This document shows, in pieces, positions 18,828-28,673 of a stretch of 39,924 nt of DNA. A program made the translations under genes and the position numbers. Under the pieces are notes generated by a model, which worked only from the letters and a program-made list of their open reading frames with translations, did no database searches and was not told where the DNA came from. The stretch's first letter is position 1; each line of letters begins with the position of its first letter. Origin of the DNA: Limnoglobus sp. (lineage in GTDB: Bacteria > Planctomycetota > Planctomycetia > Gemmatales > Gemmataceae). Location of the stretch: the NCBI GenBank assembly GCA_025353985.1, contig JANXNT010000696.1:1-39924 (forward strand). Reading direction: 5' to 3'.

Positions 18828-19747
18828 GTCTGCTAACGGAAGCCTACGCGGTGCCGAGCGTTGTGCGGGGTGTTGTGCGGCACGTTCTGCACTCGCGGTC
18901 CCAGCGCGCCTCGCTCGATTCGCTCATGACTTTTCTCGCCCCCGACGCCGTAGAGACACACACTCGCCAACTCTCCACTGCAGGCCGGGTACTCACGTCC
19001 GAGTCCGACGCAGAGGCGAAAAAAACGACAGGCAAAGATCGCGTACGCAAGACCCTGAACGAGTGCCTACGGATGGGGCTTCTAACCCAGGAAGGCGAGG
19101 AAATTACCTTGGCCCCGTGCCTGCCCGAGGAATTCCGAAACCCTCTGACTGAGGATAGCTGGATCCCTTCGGCCATCTGTGGACTGATATTCGATCCGTC
19201 GAACGAGTCGAACCACGACCTGGGGCTGGCCATCGCTTGGTACCTCAGCCTCGACGCCGTCGCGCCGCCCGGCACTTGGCCGGAGGTCGAGAAACTGCTG
19301 CTGGACACTGGGATGAAGGAGACGCTGAAGCTCGGCGACGTCCGGTACCACATGCTCGAGGACTGGCTGTGCTACCTCGGGTTCGGCTGGACGCACGTCC
19401 CGTCGGGCAGGAAACTCGTACCGGACCCGACGGCCTACATTCGGCGCTCGCTCGGCGGCCTCTTCCCCTCCACGTTGCCCGACAGGCAACCTCTACCGGC
19501 CGTCATGGCCCGCCTCGCGGACGCTTGCCCGGTCTTCGAGGGCGGATCCTTGCGGTCGCGAGTGGACGCGGCCTCGGACGGCGCGACCCGGCTCTCCACA
19601 GCCACCGCGCTCGCATGGATGCGGCTGCGTGACGAGGGGGCGGTGGTACTGCACCACGAGTCGGACGGCCAGACGCTCATGCTCCCGGACGGCGACCAGG
19701 CCCAGCCCGTGTCGCATGTGACGGTGGTGCGCCGGAGAGAGGTTTGA
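18824..19747 (+). CDS. dpdG: DpdG
   Basis: Position between dpdF and dpdH with an ATGA overlap; motifs 'WLCYLGFG', 'PDPT', 'CPVFEGG', 'LHHESDG'. Confidence 0.75.
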   Translation: MSLLTEAYAVPSVVRGVVRHVLHSRSQRASLDSLMTFLAPDAVETHTRQLSTAGRVLTSESDAEAKKTTGKDRVRKTLNECLRMGLLTQEGEEITLAPCLPEEFRNPLTEDSWIPSAICGLIFDPSNESNHDLGLAIAWYLSLDAVAPPGTWPEVEKLLLDTGMKETLKLGDVRYHMLEDWLCYLGFGWTHVPSGRKLVPDPTAYIRRSLGGLFPSTLPDRQPLPAVMARLADACPVFEGGSLRSRVDAASDGATRLSTATALAWMRLRDEGAVVLHHESDGQTLMLPDGDQAQPVSHVTVVRRREV

Positions 19748-19748
19748 C

Positions 19749-22700
19749 ATGTCGTTCGAGAATTTCGTCTGCTGGGATCCGGCCTGGGTGGACCAGGTGA
19801 TGAACACGGAGGCGCTGCAGCCCTCAGAGGCCGTGTTCCTCGCCGTCCACCACCCAGTGAAGATGGTGCGCACCACCCACGCCGCACTTTACCAGGGGCG
19901 GAACGACCCAGGGGCGCTGTACGCTGAGCAGCAGTTCATCGAGGACCTTCTCCGCCCGGAGGACTTCGCGTTCGTCCCGGTGATCGGCAAGGCCGGCAGC
20001 GGCAAGTCGCACCTCGTGCGCCGGCTCGCCCTGACGATCCCGAAGACCGCCAACCGTCACGTCCTGCTCATCCCGAAAGTGGACACCAACCTCTGGGACG
20101 TGCTGAACCGGATCCTCGACCTCCCAGGGGTGCGGGGCAACGCCTCCTTCGACGACTACCGGGCCTCGCTACGGAAGGCTAGGTCCGAACTGCGATCGGA
20201 AGAGCACGCGAGGGAGGAGTTGCTCAATAAGCTCGCCCTGGCTTGCGGCGTGAACGGGCCGCACAAGATGCAGGGACTGGCCCAGGTGCAGCACGACCTG
20301 GCGCAGAACCTTCCGAACCTCCTGTACGACCCGTTTTTCCGGGAGATCCTCCTCTCTGAGAAGGGCGTCATCGACCGCCTGGTCCAGCACACCATCGGCC
20401 AGTCCACCGCCGTCGAGCGCCTCGAAGAGCGCAGGGAGTTCAAGGTGGAGGACCTCCCCTTGAAGGCCTCGCACGTCAAGAAGGCGAGCTCGAAGGCCCA
20501 GAGCTTCTACGCCCGCTTGACCGGGATGGAGTTGCTCAAGACGGGGGCCGTCGAGTGGCTGAACCGGCACCTCAACACCGCAATCACCGAACTGCTCGAC
20601 TTCAGCGGCGATGCGCTCCTCCGGTTGCTGCTCGACGTCAGGACCTCGCTAGCGCGCGACGGCGTCGAGTTGGTCCTGCTCATCGAGGACTTCCAGAAGT
20701 GCCAGGGCATCGAACACCAGTTGCTGGAGGCGATCATCGCCAAGCCGCACCAGGAAGGCAGGGAGCGGCTCTGTTCCTTGCGGACCGTCCTGGCGTGCAA
20801 CCGGGGCTATTTCGACCAGGTGCCCGAGACGGTGCGGACCCGTGCGGATTTCTACGTCACGCTGGACCTGGAGTCGGCCCGGCGAGGTGAGAATGTCACC
20901 CCCGACGAGGTCGAGCAGTTCGTGGCCCGTTACCTCAATGCCGTGCGGCTGGGCAGGGACGCCCTCGTATCCTGGCACGCCGAGGCGCGTTCGAGCGGCG
21001 ACCCGGACGACGTGGTGCCGCCCAACCGCTGCGTCGGGTGTGAGCACAGGGCCAGGTGCCACGACTCGTTCGGTGAGAGCGGCGACCTGGGTCTCTACCC
21101 GCTTACACCAACTTCCATCGCGCGAATGGCCGAGCGCCAGAGCCCCGAGGGCTTCAACCCCCGCCTCATCCTCAAGGACGTGCTTAAGCCCATCCTCACC
21201 ACCTACGAGACCGACCTCCGCGAAGGACGCTTCCCGCCACTCGCCCTGGTCGATCATTTCAAGGGATCGACCCTCAGCGCGGCCGTGAAGTCGGAACTCT
21301 CCCGCCTGGACCCCAACCCGGCGACTCGCGACCGCCGCCTGGCCCTCCTCGACCTGTGGAGCAGCGGCTCGCGCGTGGTCGATCTGCACGAGGGCATCCA
21401 CGAGGCGTTCTCGCTGCCGCCGCTCGGCACCGTGCAGCCGCCCCCCGTCACGGCGGTCACCCCCGCCGCGGCTCCGCCTATACCAGTGCCCGCGCCGCCG
21501 GTTCCCGGGGCCGCGCCCGCCCCCGTTCGCACGACCGACCTCCCCGCCAACCTGGAAAAGATGCTGCGGGAGATAGACTCGTGGTCGAATAACGGAGTCC
21601 TCTTACAAGACACCGTCAACGCTTTGCGTAAGCCGATATTTGAATCCGTGCAGGCCCGAATCAACTGGGACGCCGAACACCTTGTGGAGGGCTTTTTCTG
21701 CGGCGCAGGGCGGCCCTTCAAGCAGACGAGCGTCAATTTCCACCGCCAGGACCGCCAGCAGATGCAGGCGGTCGTCCAGTTGACCGTCCCTCTCGACCCG
21801 GCCGCCCCGTACGCATTCACCGACGCCGCCATCGCGCTCCAGGGGTTGCTCCTCGCCGGCCACTACAAGGGGTGGAAGTTCCGCTACGGCAACCACCCCG
21901 GGAGTTTCTACCTCCGGCGGTACGCGGAGCAGCTCGGACGCTGGTCTGACTCGGTCCTTTCCCAAGTCCGCAAGCCGTCCAAGGGCTCGGCCGCCCCGTG
22001 GGACCCCGCTCCGGCCGCCGCGGAGTTGCTGGCGCTCGCCGCCCGGATGGTTAACCGGCCCGTCGCGAGCCGGACGACGGTCGATACGCAGATCAACGCG
22101 CTGTTCCAAAGCCTGGACGGGGCGTCAGTGGACCACCGGGCCTCCTCGTGGCGGGAACTCTTCATGGCCCTGCGCAACAAGCACGCAGCCCTCTGCGAGA
22201 TCGTGCTGTCGCACGCCGCATGCACCAAAGGCGGCAGTAGGCGAGTGCAGGTGATCGACTCCGCTCGGCTGACCAGGCCGCTGCTCGCCGTCCGCAAGGA
22301 CTACACTCCGCGCGAGCCACTTCCGCCGGACACCTGGGAGAATTACGGCGTACTCGCGAAGCTACGCGAGAAGGTGGCTGACCTGTTGGGTAAGGCGGTC
22401 TCGGAGGAGAAGGCGAGGCTGATCGCCTGGCACGAGCAGGCGGCCCTCGCCCTCGGTCCCGTCGATGGCCACGCCGCCATGGTGGAGGGGGTGCGGTCCG
22501 CTGTCGAGGCCGCCCGGGCTGATCTGGGGTTCGCGGGTGCCGGGTACGACAAGCTGGTGACCGCGATGGACGGGTTCAACTCCCGCCAGTTGTCCCAGTG
22601 CTTCGAGTCCGTTACCCGGATCAAGGTCCAGGAGGACCAGGGGGAACTTCTCCTGCTGCTCGGCCGCGACTACGGCGAAACGACCGCGGCGGCCGACGAG

Positions 22701-22868
22701 TTCGTCGGCCTCGCGACGCAGTTCCTGGAGAAGTACGAGACCCGCGTCACCAGCGACATCAAACAACTCACTGGTGCCGGTGAACTCAAGGCGACCCAGT
22801 CGGAGATCGGGGCCGCCTTCGACGACCTGCACGGGCTGCTGGGGAAGATCGAGGGGGGCGAGTCATGA
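19749..22868 (+). CDS. dpdH: P-loop ATPase DpdH
   Basis: Walker A 'GKAGSGKSH', Walker B 'LVLLIEDF', 'LYPLT', 'FNPR'; ~1040 aa; synteny. Confidence 0.82.
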   Translation: MSFENFVCWDPAWVDQVMNTEALQPSEAVFLAVHHPVKMVRTTHAALYQGRNDPGALYAEQQFIEDLLRPEDFAFVPVIGKAGSGKSHLVRRLALTIPKTANRHVLLIPKVDTNLWDVLNRILDLPGVRGNASFDDYRASLRKARSELRSEEHAREELLNKLALACGVNGPHKMQGLAQVQHDLAQNLPNLLYDPFFREILLSEKGVIDRLVQHTIGQSTAVERLEERREFKVEDLPLKASHVKKASSKAQSFYARLTGMELLKTGAVEWLNRHLNTAITELLDFSGDALLRLLLDVRTSLARDGVELVLLIEDFQKCQGIEHQLLEAIIAKPHQEGRERLCSLRTVLACNRGYFDQVPETVRTRADFYVTLDLESARRGENVTPDEVEQFVARYLNAVRLGRDALVSWHAEARSSGDPDDVVPPNRCVGCEHRARCHDSFGESGDLGLYPLTPTSIARMAERQSPEGFNPRLILKDVLKPILTTYETDLREGRFPPLALVDHFKGSTLSAAVKSELSRLDPNPATRDRRLALLDLWSSGSRVVDLHEGIHEAFSLPPLGTVQPPPVTAVTPAAAPPIPVPAPPVPGAAPAPVRTTDLPANLEKMLREIDSWSNNGVLLQDTVNALRKPIFESVQARINWDAEHLVEGFFCGAGRPFKQTSVNFHRQDRQQMQAVVQLTVPLDPAAPYAFTDAAIALQGLLLAGHYKGWKFRYGNHPGSFYLRRYAEQLGRWSDSVLSQVRKPSKGSAAPWDPAPAAAELLALAARMVNRPVASRTTVDTQINALFQSLDGASVDHRASSWRELFMALRNKHAALCEIVLSHAACTKGGSRRVQVIDSARLTRPLLAVRKDYTPREPLPPDTWENYGVLAKLREKVADLLGKAVSEEKARLIAWHEQAALALGPVDGHAAMVEGVRSAVEAARADLGFAGAGYDKLVTAMDGFNSRQLSQCFESVTRIKVQEDQGELLLLLGRDYGETTAAADEFVGLATQFLEKYETRVTSDIKQLTGAGELKATQSEIGAAFDDLHGLLGKIEGGES

Positions 22869-23584
22869 TCCTCGAACGGTGCCAGACGCTCTCGGCCCGG
22901 ATCGCCGAGAAGAAAAAGCTCGAACAGAGCGTGACCCAGATCCGCAGATACCGGAAGGTCCGAGACGCCATCACGCAGCACAAGGTGCTGTTCACGCCGC
23001 TACACGGGGTCTCAACAGCACTCCGCGAGGCCGGCGTCAAGACGAGCGAGGTTCCCGCGGGTATAGCCCCGGCCCTCGCCGCGGTCGCGGCGGCGCGTGG
23101 CACGTTCCTACAGTCGGCCGAGTCGATCATCAACCCAGCGGCCTTCGCCGCCGCCCCGTTCGCCCAATCGCTCACGTCGGCCGCCGACGAACTCGAAGCG
23201 GCCCTCTTGGCTGCCTGGCAGCGGCACGTCGCGACAAAAGTCCCCCCTGCGAACCGCGACGTCCTCGACGCACTGGCGTCCGCCTTCCCGCGCGAGGTCC
23301 GAACGATCCGGCAGGGCGGCGAGAGGGTCGATCGGCTCCGCCAGATCCTGCCCGACTCCGTCGAACAGGTCCGGGAGATGGAGCGGGAGGCCGCCGTCCT
23401 ACAGCAGGCGTGGGGGCAACTGGGGGGAGGCGAGGTCCCCGCCCCGGTGCTGGCCTTCCTGAAGGCCGCCGCAACCCCGGCGGGAGCGGGGCTCGACCTG
23501 CTCACCGAGGTGGTCCGGTCCTGGCTGGAAGAACACAAGATCGTCCGCTCCTTCGCCATCCGCGTCGCCGGTTCGGTGCAATAG
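22865..23584 (+). CDS. dpdI: DpdI-like helical protein
   Basis: Assigned by size (239 aa), ATGA coupling to dpdH and position before dpdJ; no diagnostic motif. Confidence 0.6.
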   Translation: MILERCQTLSARIAEKKKLEQSVTQIRRYRKVRDAITQHKVLFTPLHGVSTALREAGVKTSEVPAGIAPALAAVAAARGTFLQSAESIINPAAFAAAPFAQSLTSAADELEAALLAAWQRHVATKVPPANRDVLDALASAFPREVRTIRQGGERVDRLRQILPDSVEQVREMEREAAVLQQAWGQLGGGEVPAPVLAFLKAAATPAGAGLDLLTEVVRSWLEEHKIVRSFAIRVAGSVQ

Positions 23585-23600
23585 GTCATCGGGGTATGTA

Positions 23601-26600
23601 ATGAGCACGGAACTCAACGCGCTGTCTCGGGAACTCCTGGAAAGGTTGGAGCGGGAGGAGGAAAAACTCCTCGCCTGGGGGGTCGTGGACGGCGGATTCA
23701 CCGAGTCGGAGGTCGATGGCATCGCGCAAGCGATCGTCGAAGATCGCGGCTCCGACCTGGTTGCGGCCGACCTCCGCCAGGCGCTGTTCGACCGCCGACT
23801 TCTGTTCGCCTTCCGCGAAGGTTTCCTGGAACCCCACCGCACCCGGATGGGCGAGGCGGTTCGGCTTTTCTCAAAGCTGCGCCAGATGTTCCCCAACCGC
23901 CCGTGGCGTCTCGCCCCGACGCTCGTCGCCGACTTCCGGTTTGCCAGGCGTCCGCGCCGATACCCACGACGGGAAATCGACTCGGACGGGGTCTTCGACC
24001 GCCTCGCCTCCGACCTCCGCCTGTCGGAAAGGCGGCGGCAGGCGCTGTCGGCCCTGCTCCGCATCGGAGAGGGCGACCCTCTCCGCCTCGCGGAGTTCCA
24101 GTTTCAGGCGACCCGCAGGACGCTCCTCGACCTCGAAGGGCGGTACAGTCGCGGCCTCATCGTGTGCGCCGGCACCGGGACGGGCAAGACGCTCGCGTTC
24201 TACCTCCCGGCGCTGACGCACCTCGCCGGCATCGTCGAGCGCAACGAGTTCTGGACCAAGGCGGTCGCGATCTACCCACGGAACGAACTGCTCAAGGACC
24301 AACTCTCGGAGACGTACGCGGAGGCGCGCAGGCTCGACGACCTGCTCCTGCGGCACACGGGCCGGAAATTGACGATCGCCGCCTTCTTCGGGGACACGCC
24401 GCGACAGGCCGCGGACCTAGCCCGGTACGGCAACTGGGGGGAGATGAGGGCCGGCGGGTTCGTGTGCCCCTTCCTCCGCTGCCCGAGGTGCGGGGGCGAC
24501 CTGCTCTGGCGGTCGTCCGACGCGGAGCGGGGGGTAGAGGCGCTCCACTGCGCCACGGCGTCGTGCGGTGCCTCGGTCGGCGGGGACGAGGTCATCCTCA
24601 CGCGGCAGAGGATGTGCAAGACCCCGCCGGACGTCCTGTTCACGACCACCGAGATGCTCAACCGGCAGATGAGCAACAGCCAGTACGGGCATGTGTTCGG
24701 GCTGGGGCCGAACACGCGGCGCCCGCACCTCATGCTTCTAGACGAGGCGCATACCTACACCGGCACCTCCGGCGCGCAGGCGGCCCTGCTCCTGCGGCGG
24801 TACCAGCACGCGGTCGGCTCGCGGATGCTGTTCACCGGCCTCTCGGCGACACTCCGCGGCGCGGCGGAGTTCTTCGGCCAACTCGTCGGGCTGCGCCCCG
24901 GCTCGGCGGAGGAGGTCTCCCCGAAAGAGTCTGAACTCGACCCCGAAGCCCAGAGCGTCGAGTACGTCATGGCGTTGAGAGGCGACCCCGTCTCCGGGAC
25001 TAGCCTCCTCTCGACCAGCATCCAGACGGCCATGCTGCTCCGCCGCGTCCTGGACCCGGCGGGTCCCTCGCCGAGCCTCGGCCTCTACGGCAGCCGCGTG
25101 TTCGCCTTCACCGACGACCTCGACGTCACGAACCGCCTTTACAACAACCTCCAGGACGCGGAGGGGCTCGACAGTTGGAACCGCCCGGCGGCGGGCGGGA
25201 CGGTCCTGGCCTCTTTGCGATCGGCGGCCCAGCCGGAGAACGGCATCAGGCTGCCTGCCGGCCAGTCGTGGCAGATGTGCGAAGACATCGGCCACCCGTA
25301 CGGGCTCGCCAGGCCGCTCCGCCTCAGCCGCACCAGCTCGCAGGACGCCGGCGTCGAGCAGGGGAGCGATGTCGTCGTCGCGACCGCCGCCCTGGAGGTC
25401 GGCTACAACGACCCCGACGTCGGGGCCGTCATGCAGCACAAGGCACCGAGGGACTGGGCGGCCTTCCTCCAGCGGAAGGGGCGGGCGGGCCGTCGGCGCG
25501 ACATGCGCCCCTGGACCGCAGTGGTTCTCTCTGACTACGGGCGGGACCGCCTCGCCTACCAGTCCTACGACCAGCTTTTCGACCCGGAGTTGCCCCTCCG
25601 GTTTCTGCCCGTCAAGAACCGCTACGTCCTGCGGATGCAGACTGCGCTCTCGCTCATGGACTGGGTCGCGCGCGAGCTTCCCCCCGGCACCCCGCAGGGG
25701 AGCGTCTGGGCCGACTTCAGCGGCCCGGAAGAGAGGACCGGGTGGTGGTGGGATAACGTCCGCGCCAGGCAGGGGCACGCACTCCGCATCCTCGGCGAGG
25801 TCCTCGACGGCGACGAGGCCCGCTGCAAGTCCCTCGAAAATCACCTCCGGCTCAGCCTCGGGCTCACCGAGGAGGAGACCCAGGCGGTCCTCTGGGACGC
25901 GCCCCGTCCGGTCATGACGGCCGTCGTGCCGACCATCCACCGCCGCCTGGAGACCGGCTGGCGGCGGGTCCGCGAGGGCAACGCGGAGCCGGCCCTCGAC
26001 CACCAGGTGCGCGACCACCCGCTCCCCGACTTCGTGCCGCAGCAGTTGTTCGGCGACCTTAACCTGCCGGAGGTGGAAATCGTCATCGCCCCTCAGCAGC
26101 GGGGGCAGGACGAGGAGTCCATCTTCATGCCCATTGTGCAGAGCATGAGGACGCTCGCGCCGGGTCGAGTCACGCGCCGCTTCGGCTACCGACACGCCTT
26201 CGCCCACCACTGGATGGCCCCGCCGGACCTCCAGTCCCCGGACCAGACCATGGCCGTGGAAGCGTACTGTGAGGTGTACGACGAGGCGGGGGCGTTCCAG
26301 GTCTGGGAGGGGGGCGCGGCGAGGGACGTCCGCTGCGTCCGCCCGTGGAAGCTCCGGCCGACGCGGCCGCCGGGCCAGGTCGCCATCACCTCGAACGCGC
26401 AGCTGGTCTGGCGGAGTCAGCTCGGGCCGGGCCGCGAGGACGAGCGGCTTTGTTTTGCCCCGCCGCGCGGTTCAGCCTGGGAGCCGATCCTCGCCCAGTC
26501 GGGGTTCTTCACGCACAACGACAGGAACCACGTCCTCGTTCGTCGGTTCGCCGTGGCCTCGCGCGCGAGCCTTTCGTTCAGGGACGGCAACACGGCGGAC

Positions 26601-28151
26601 CTTACCGTTCGCTTCGTCGATGGCGATACCGGCCGGGCGGCCGCCGTGGGCTTCTCGCAGGAGGCTGACGGCATCGTCTTCCGCTTCCGGACGCCGGCCG
26701 ACCTCGGTCTGGGGGAGACCCACCCCAACCGCTGCAAGCTGCGCGCGTTCCGCTCGGCGTACTTCCGCCAGCGCGTGAGGACCGACCCGACGCTTGTCGC
26801 CCTTGCCAACACGTTCCAGCGCGACTGGCTCGCCCAGATCTTCGTTTCCGCTCTGGCCGAGAGGGCGGTTGCGGACGGGGTGGGCGCGGAAGAGGGTTTG
26901 CGCCGGCTGACCGCGGGCGGACTGCCCGCGGCGTTGGCGGCCGTCCTCCGCGTGATCTTCCAGTCGATCCAACTGCCCGATGGCGGCGAGGTGAGCCAAA
27001 AGGTCCACGACGCGCTGCTCGCTCTGTGCAACACGCCTGGCGTGGCGGATGCCCTCGCGGGGCTGGCTCCGATCCTGTGGCGCCCCCTCGACGCGGACGG
27101 GCTGCGATGGGCCGCGGCCCGCTACAAGGCGACCCTCGGAGGGGCGCTCCTCGAAGCCTGCCAGCAGTCCTGCCCGCAGATGGAGAGCGGCGACCTCTAC
27201 CTCGACATCGAGCCGGGGCCGAGGCCCGCCGAGTCGCCGCCTTTGCCGGAAGGAATCGAGGAGGTGTGGATCACCGAATCGAGCGTCGGGGGCGGCGGCG
27301 TCGTGGAGGAGATCTTGCGGGTCTACGCCGACGACCCGCGGCGGTTCTTCCGTATCGCGGAGAGCGCACTGGCGGCCACGGACTTCGAGATCGTGGCCCG
27401 GGAGTTGGCGCGGATCCTGTCACTCACCGGGAGCGACCCGGCGATCGACGGCGCGCTGGCCGCGATCCGGGCGGCTCCGGACCACGCCGCCCTGTCTCGC
27501 GCCGCCGCCGCCCTGCGTGCCGAGCTTTCCCGGCGGGGGATCGTCGTCAACCACGCCGTCATGAGCGCCGTGTTCAGCCGGGTGCTCCGCCCCGGGTCCT
27601 CTCCGCTGACCGACGCCTTGCTCCGCGAACTCTCCGAAGGATGGGACGCCGCGGAGGAATTGGTCGGCGTCGAGATCGACACGCGAGTATACGCCTACGT
27701 CGCGTCCGGCATGCCTCAGGTGCGCGCCGCCCTGGAGGCGACCGGCATCGGCCCGGCGCAAGACCCCTTCTGGCGGTTCCAGACCGTCTACGGGCTTCTC
27801 TGGGCGAGGGGCTACGAGGTGCGGGCACTGGGGCTGTCGTTCTACAATCCGTTCGCCGAGTCCGTCCCCCCCGACCGCGAGATGCTCCTCGACCTGCTGC
27901 AGGCGGGGGAGCCGTCCGTCCCGTTGGCCCCCGGCTGGGAAGTAGCGATCGGGACCGCCCTGGCGGAGCGCGGGGCGGTACGCGTCGTCGCGCCGCCTGC
28001 GGACCGCGCCGCCCTCAAGGAGGCCATTCTCAGGCTGGCCGCCGAGCCCGTAGAGGCCGGCTTCCTCCACCTCTACCCCACCGTGGTTGGCGTCGCCCAC
28101 GAGGCGAACGGCCTGGCCGTAACCCTTGACATGAGAGAGGTGCTGCCGTGA
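23601..28151 (+). CDS. dpdJ: DEAD/DEAH helicase DpdJ
   Basis: 'AGTGTGKTLAFYLP', 'IYPRNELLKDQ', a Cys cluster, 'LDEAHTY', 'GLSATL', 'LEVGYNDP', 'FLQRKGRAGR'; 1516 aa. Confidence 0.88.
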   Translation: MSTELNALSRELLERLEREEEKLLAWGVVDGGFTESEVDGIAQAIVEDRGSDLVAADLRQALFDRRLLFAFREGFLEPHRTRMGEAVRLFSKLRQMFPNRPWRLAPTLVADFRFARRPRRYPRREIDSDGVFDRLASDLRLSERRRQALSALLRIGEGDPLRLAEFQFQATRRTLLDLEGRYSRGLIVCAGTGTGKTLAFYLPALTHLAGIVERNEFWTKAVAIYPRNELLKDQLSETYAEARRLDDLLLRHTGRKLTIAAFFGDTPRQAADLARYGNWGEMRAGGFVCPFLRCPRCGGDLLWRSSDAERGVEALHCATASCGASVGGDEVILTRQRMCKTPPDVLFTTTEMLNRQMSNSQYGHVFGLGPNTRRPHLMLLDEAHTYTGTSGAQAALLLRRYQHAVGSRMLFTGLSATLRGAAEFFGQLVGLRPGSAEEVSPKESELDPEAQSVEYVMALRGDPVSGTSLLSTSIQTAMLLRRVLDPAGPSPSLGLYGSRVFAFTDDLDVTNRLYNNLQDAEGLDSWNRPAAGGTVLASLRSAAQPENGIRLPAGQSWQMCEDIGHPYGLARPLRLSRTSSQDAGVEQGSDVVVATAALEVGYNDPDVGAVMQHKAPRDWAAFLQRKGRAGRRRDMRPWTAVVLSDYGRDRLAYQSYDQLFDPELPLRFLPVKNRYVLRMQTALSLMDWVARELPPGTPQGSVWADFSGPEERTGWWWDNVRARQGHALRILGEVLDGDEARCKSLENHLRLSLGLTEEETQAVLWDAPRPVMTAVVPTIHRRLETGWRRVREGNAEPALDHQVRDHPLPDFVPQQLFGDLNLPEVEIVIAPQQRGQDEESIFMPIVQSMRTLAPGRVTRRFGYRHAFAHHWMAPPDLQSPDQTMAVEAYCEVYDEAGAFQVWEGGAARDVRCVRPWKLRPTRPPGQVAITSNAQLVWRSQLGPGREDERLCFAPPRGSAWEPILAQSGFFTHNDRNHVLVRRFAVASRASLSFRDGNTADLTVRFVDGDTGRAAAVGFSQEADGIVFRFRTPADLGLGETHPNRCKLRAFRSAYFRQRVRTDPTLVALANTFQRDWLAQIFVSALAERAVADGVGAEEGLRRLTAGGLPAALAAVLRVIFQSIQLPDGGEVSQKVHDALLALCNTPGVADALAGLAPILWRPLDADGLRWAAARYKATLGGALLEACQQSCPQMESGDLYLDIEPGPRPAESPPLPEGIEEVWITESSVGGGGVVEEILRVYADDPRRFFRIAESALAATDFEIVARELARILSLTGSDPAIDGALAAIRAAPDHAALSRAAAALRAELSRRGIVVNHAVMSAVFSRVLRPGSSPLTDALLRELSEGWDAAEELVGVEIDTRVYAYVASGMPQVRAALEATGIGPAQDPFWRFQTVYGLLWARGYEVRALGLSFYNPFAESVPPDREMLLDLLQAGEPSVPLAPGWEVAIGTALAERGAVRVVAPPADRAALKEAILRLAAEPVEAGFLHLYPTVVGVAHEANGLAVTLDMREVLP

Positions 28152-28672
28152 CGACGGCGACCGGAAGAATCATTCACACCCGGTCGAGCGCCCTCCAGGT
28201 GCCAGACCTGCTCCAGGCAGTGTTCACCGCCGAACTGCTCTGCCCCAGCAGGTGCCTTTGGCTCGTCTCGCCTTGGGTGTCCGACATCCCGATCCTCGAC
28301 AACCGCACCAACGGCTTCTCGCCGATCGAGCCGCGGTGGGCCAGATCGCGCGTAAGCCTCAGCCAGGTCCTCGGCAGGCTGCTCGAACTCGGGACGACCG
28401 TCCGCATCGCCACGCGGCCCGACGACCACAACCGCGCGTTTCTGGAGAGGATGCGCCGCTTGGCGGAGCCTGACGGGCTGCCCCTGGTGCTCCACTCCGC
28501 GGAGGAGTTGCACGAGAAAGGGATCCTGGGGGACGGGTTCTACCTGTCGGGGTCGATGAATTTCACCTTCAACGGGATCTCGCTCAACGAAGAGGCGGTC
28601 CACTACAGCGTCGACGCCGCCTTCGTCGCAAAGAACCGCATCCACCTCTCGGACCGCTGGGGGGCGAGTTGA
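28148..28672 (+). CDS. dpdK: Phospholipase D-like nuclease DpdK
   Basis: 'WLVSPWVSDIPILDN', HKD motif 'HEKGILGD', 'GSMNFT'; GTGA overlap with dpdJ. Confidence 0.87.
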   Translation: MTTATGRIIHTRSSALQVPDLLQAVFTAELLCPSRCLWLVSPWVSDIPILDNRTNGFSPIEPRWARSRVSLSQVLGRLLELGTTVRIATRPDDHNRAFLERMRRLAEPDGLPLVLHSAEELHEKGILGDGFYLSGSMNFTFNGISLNEEAVHYSVDAAFVAKNRIHLSDRWGAS

Positions 28673-28673
28673 A

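Noticed and set aside
12814-28672. DISARM system (SNF2 + helicase + PLD)
   Set aside because: No methyltransferase or separate DrmB gene; gene order and the adjacent dpdABC match Dpd.
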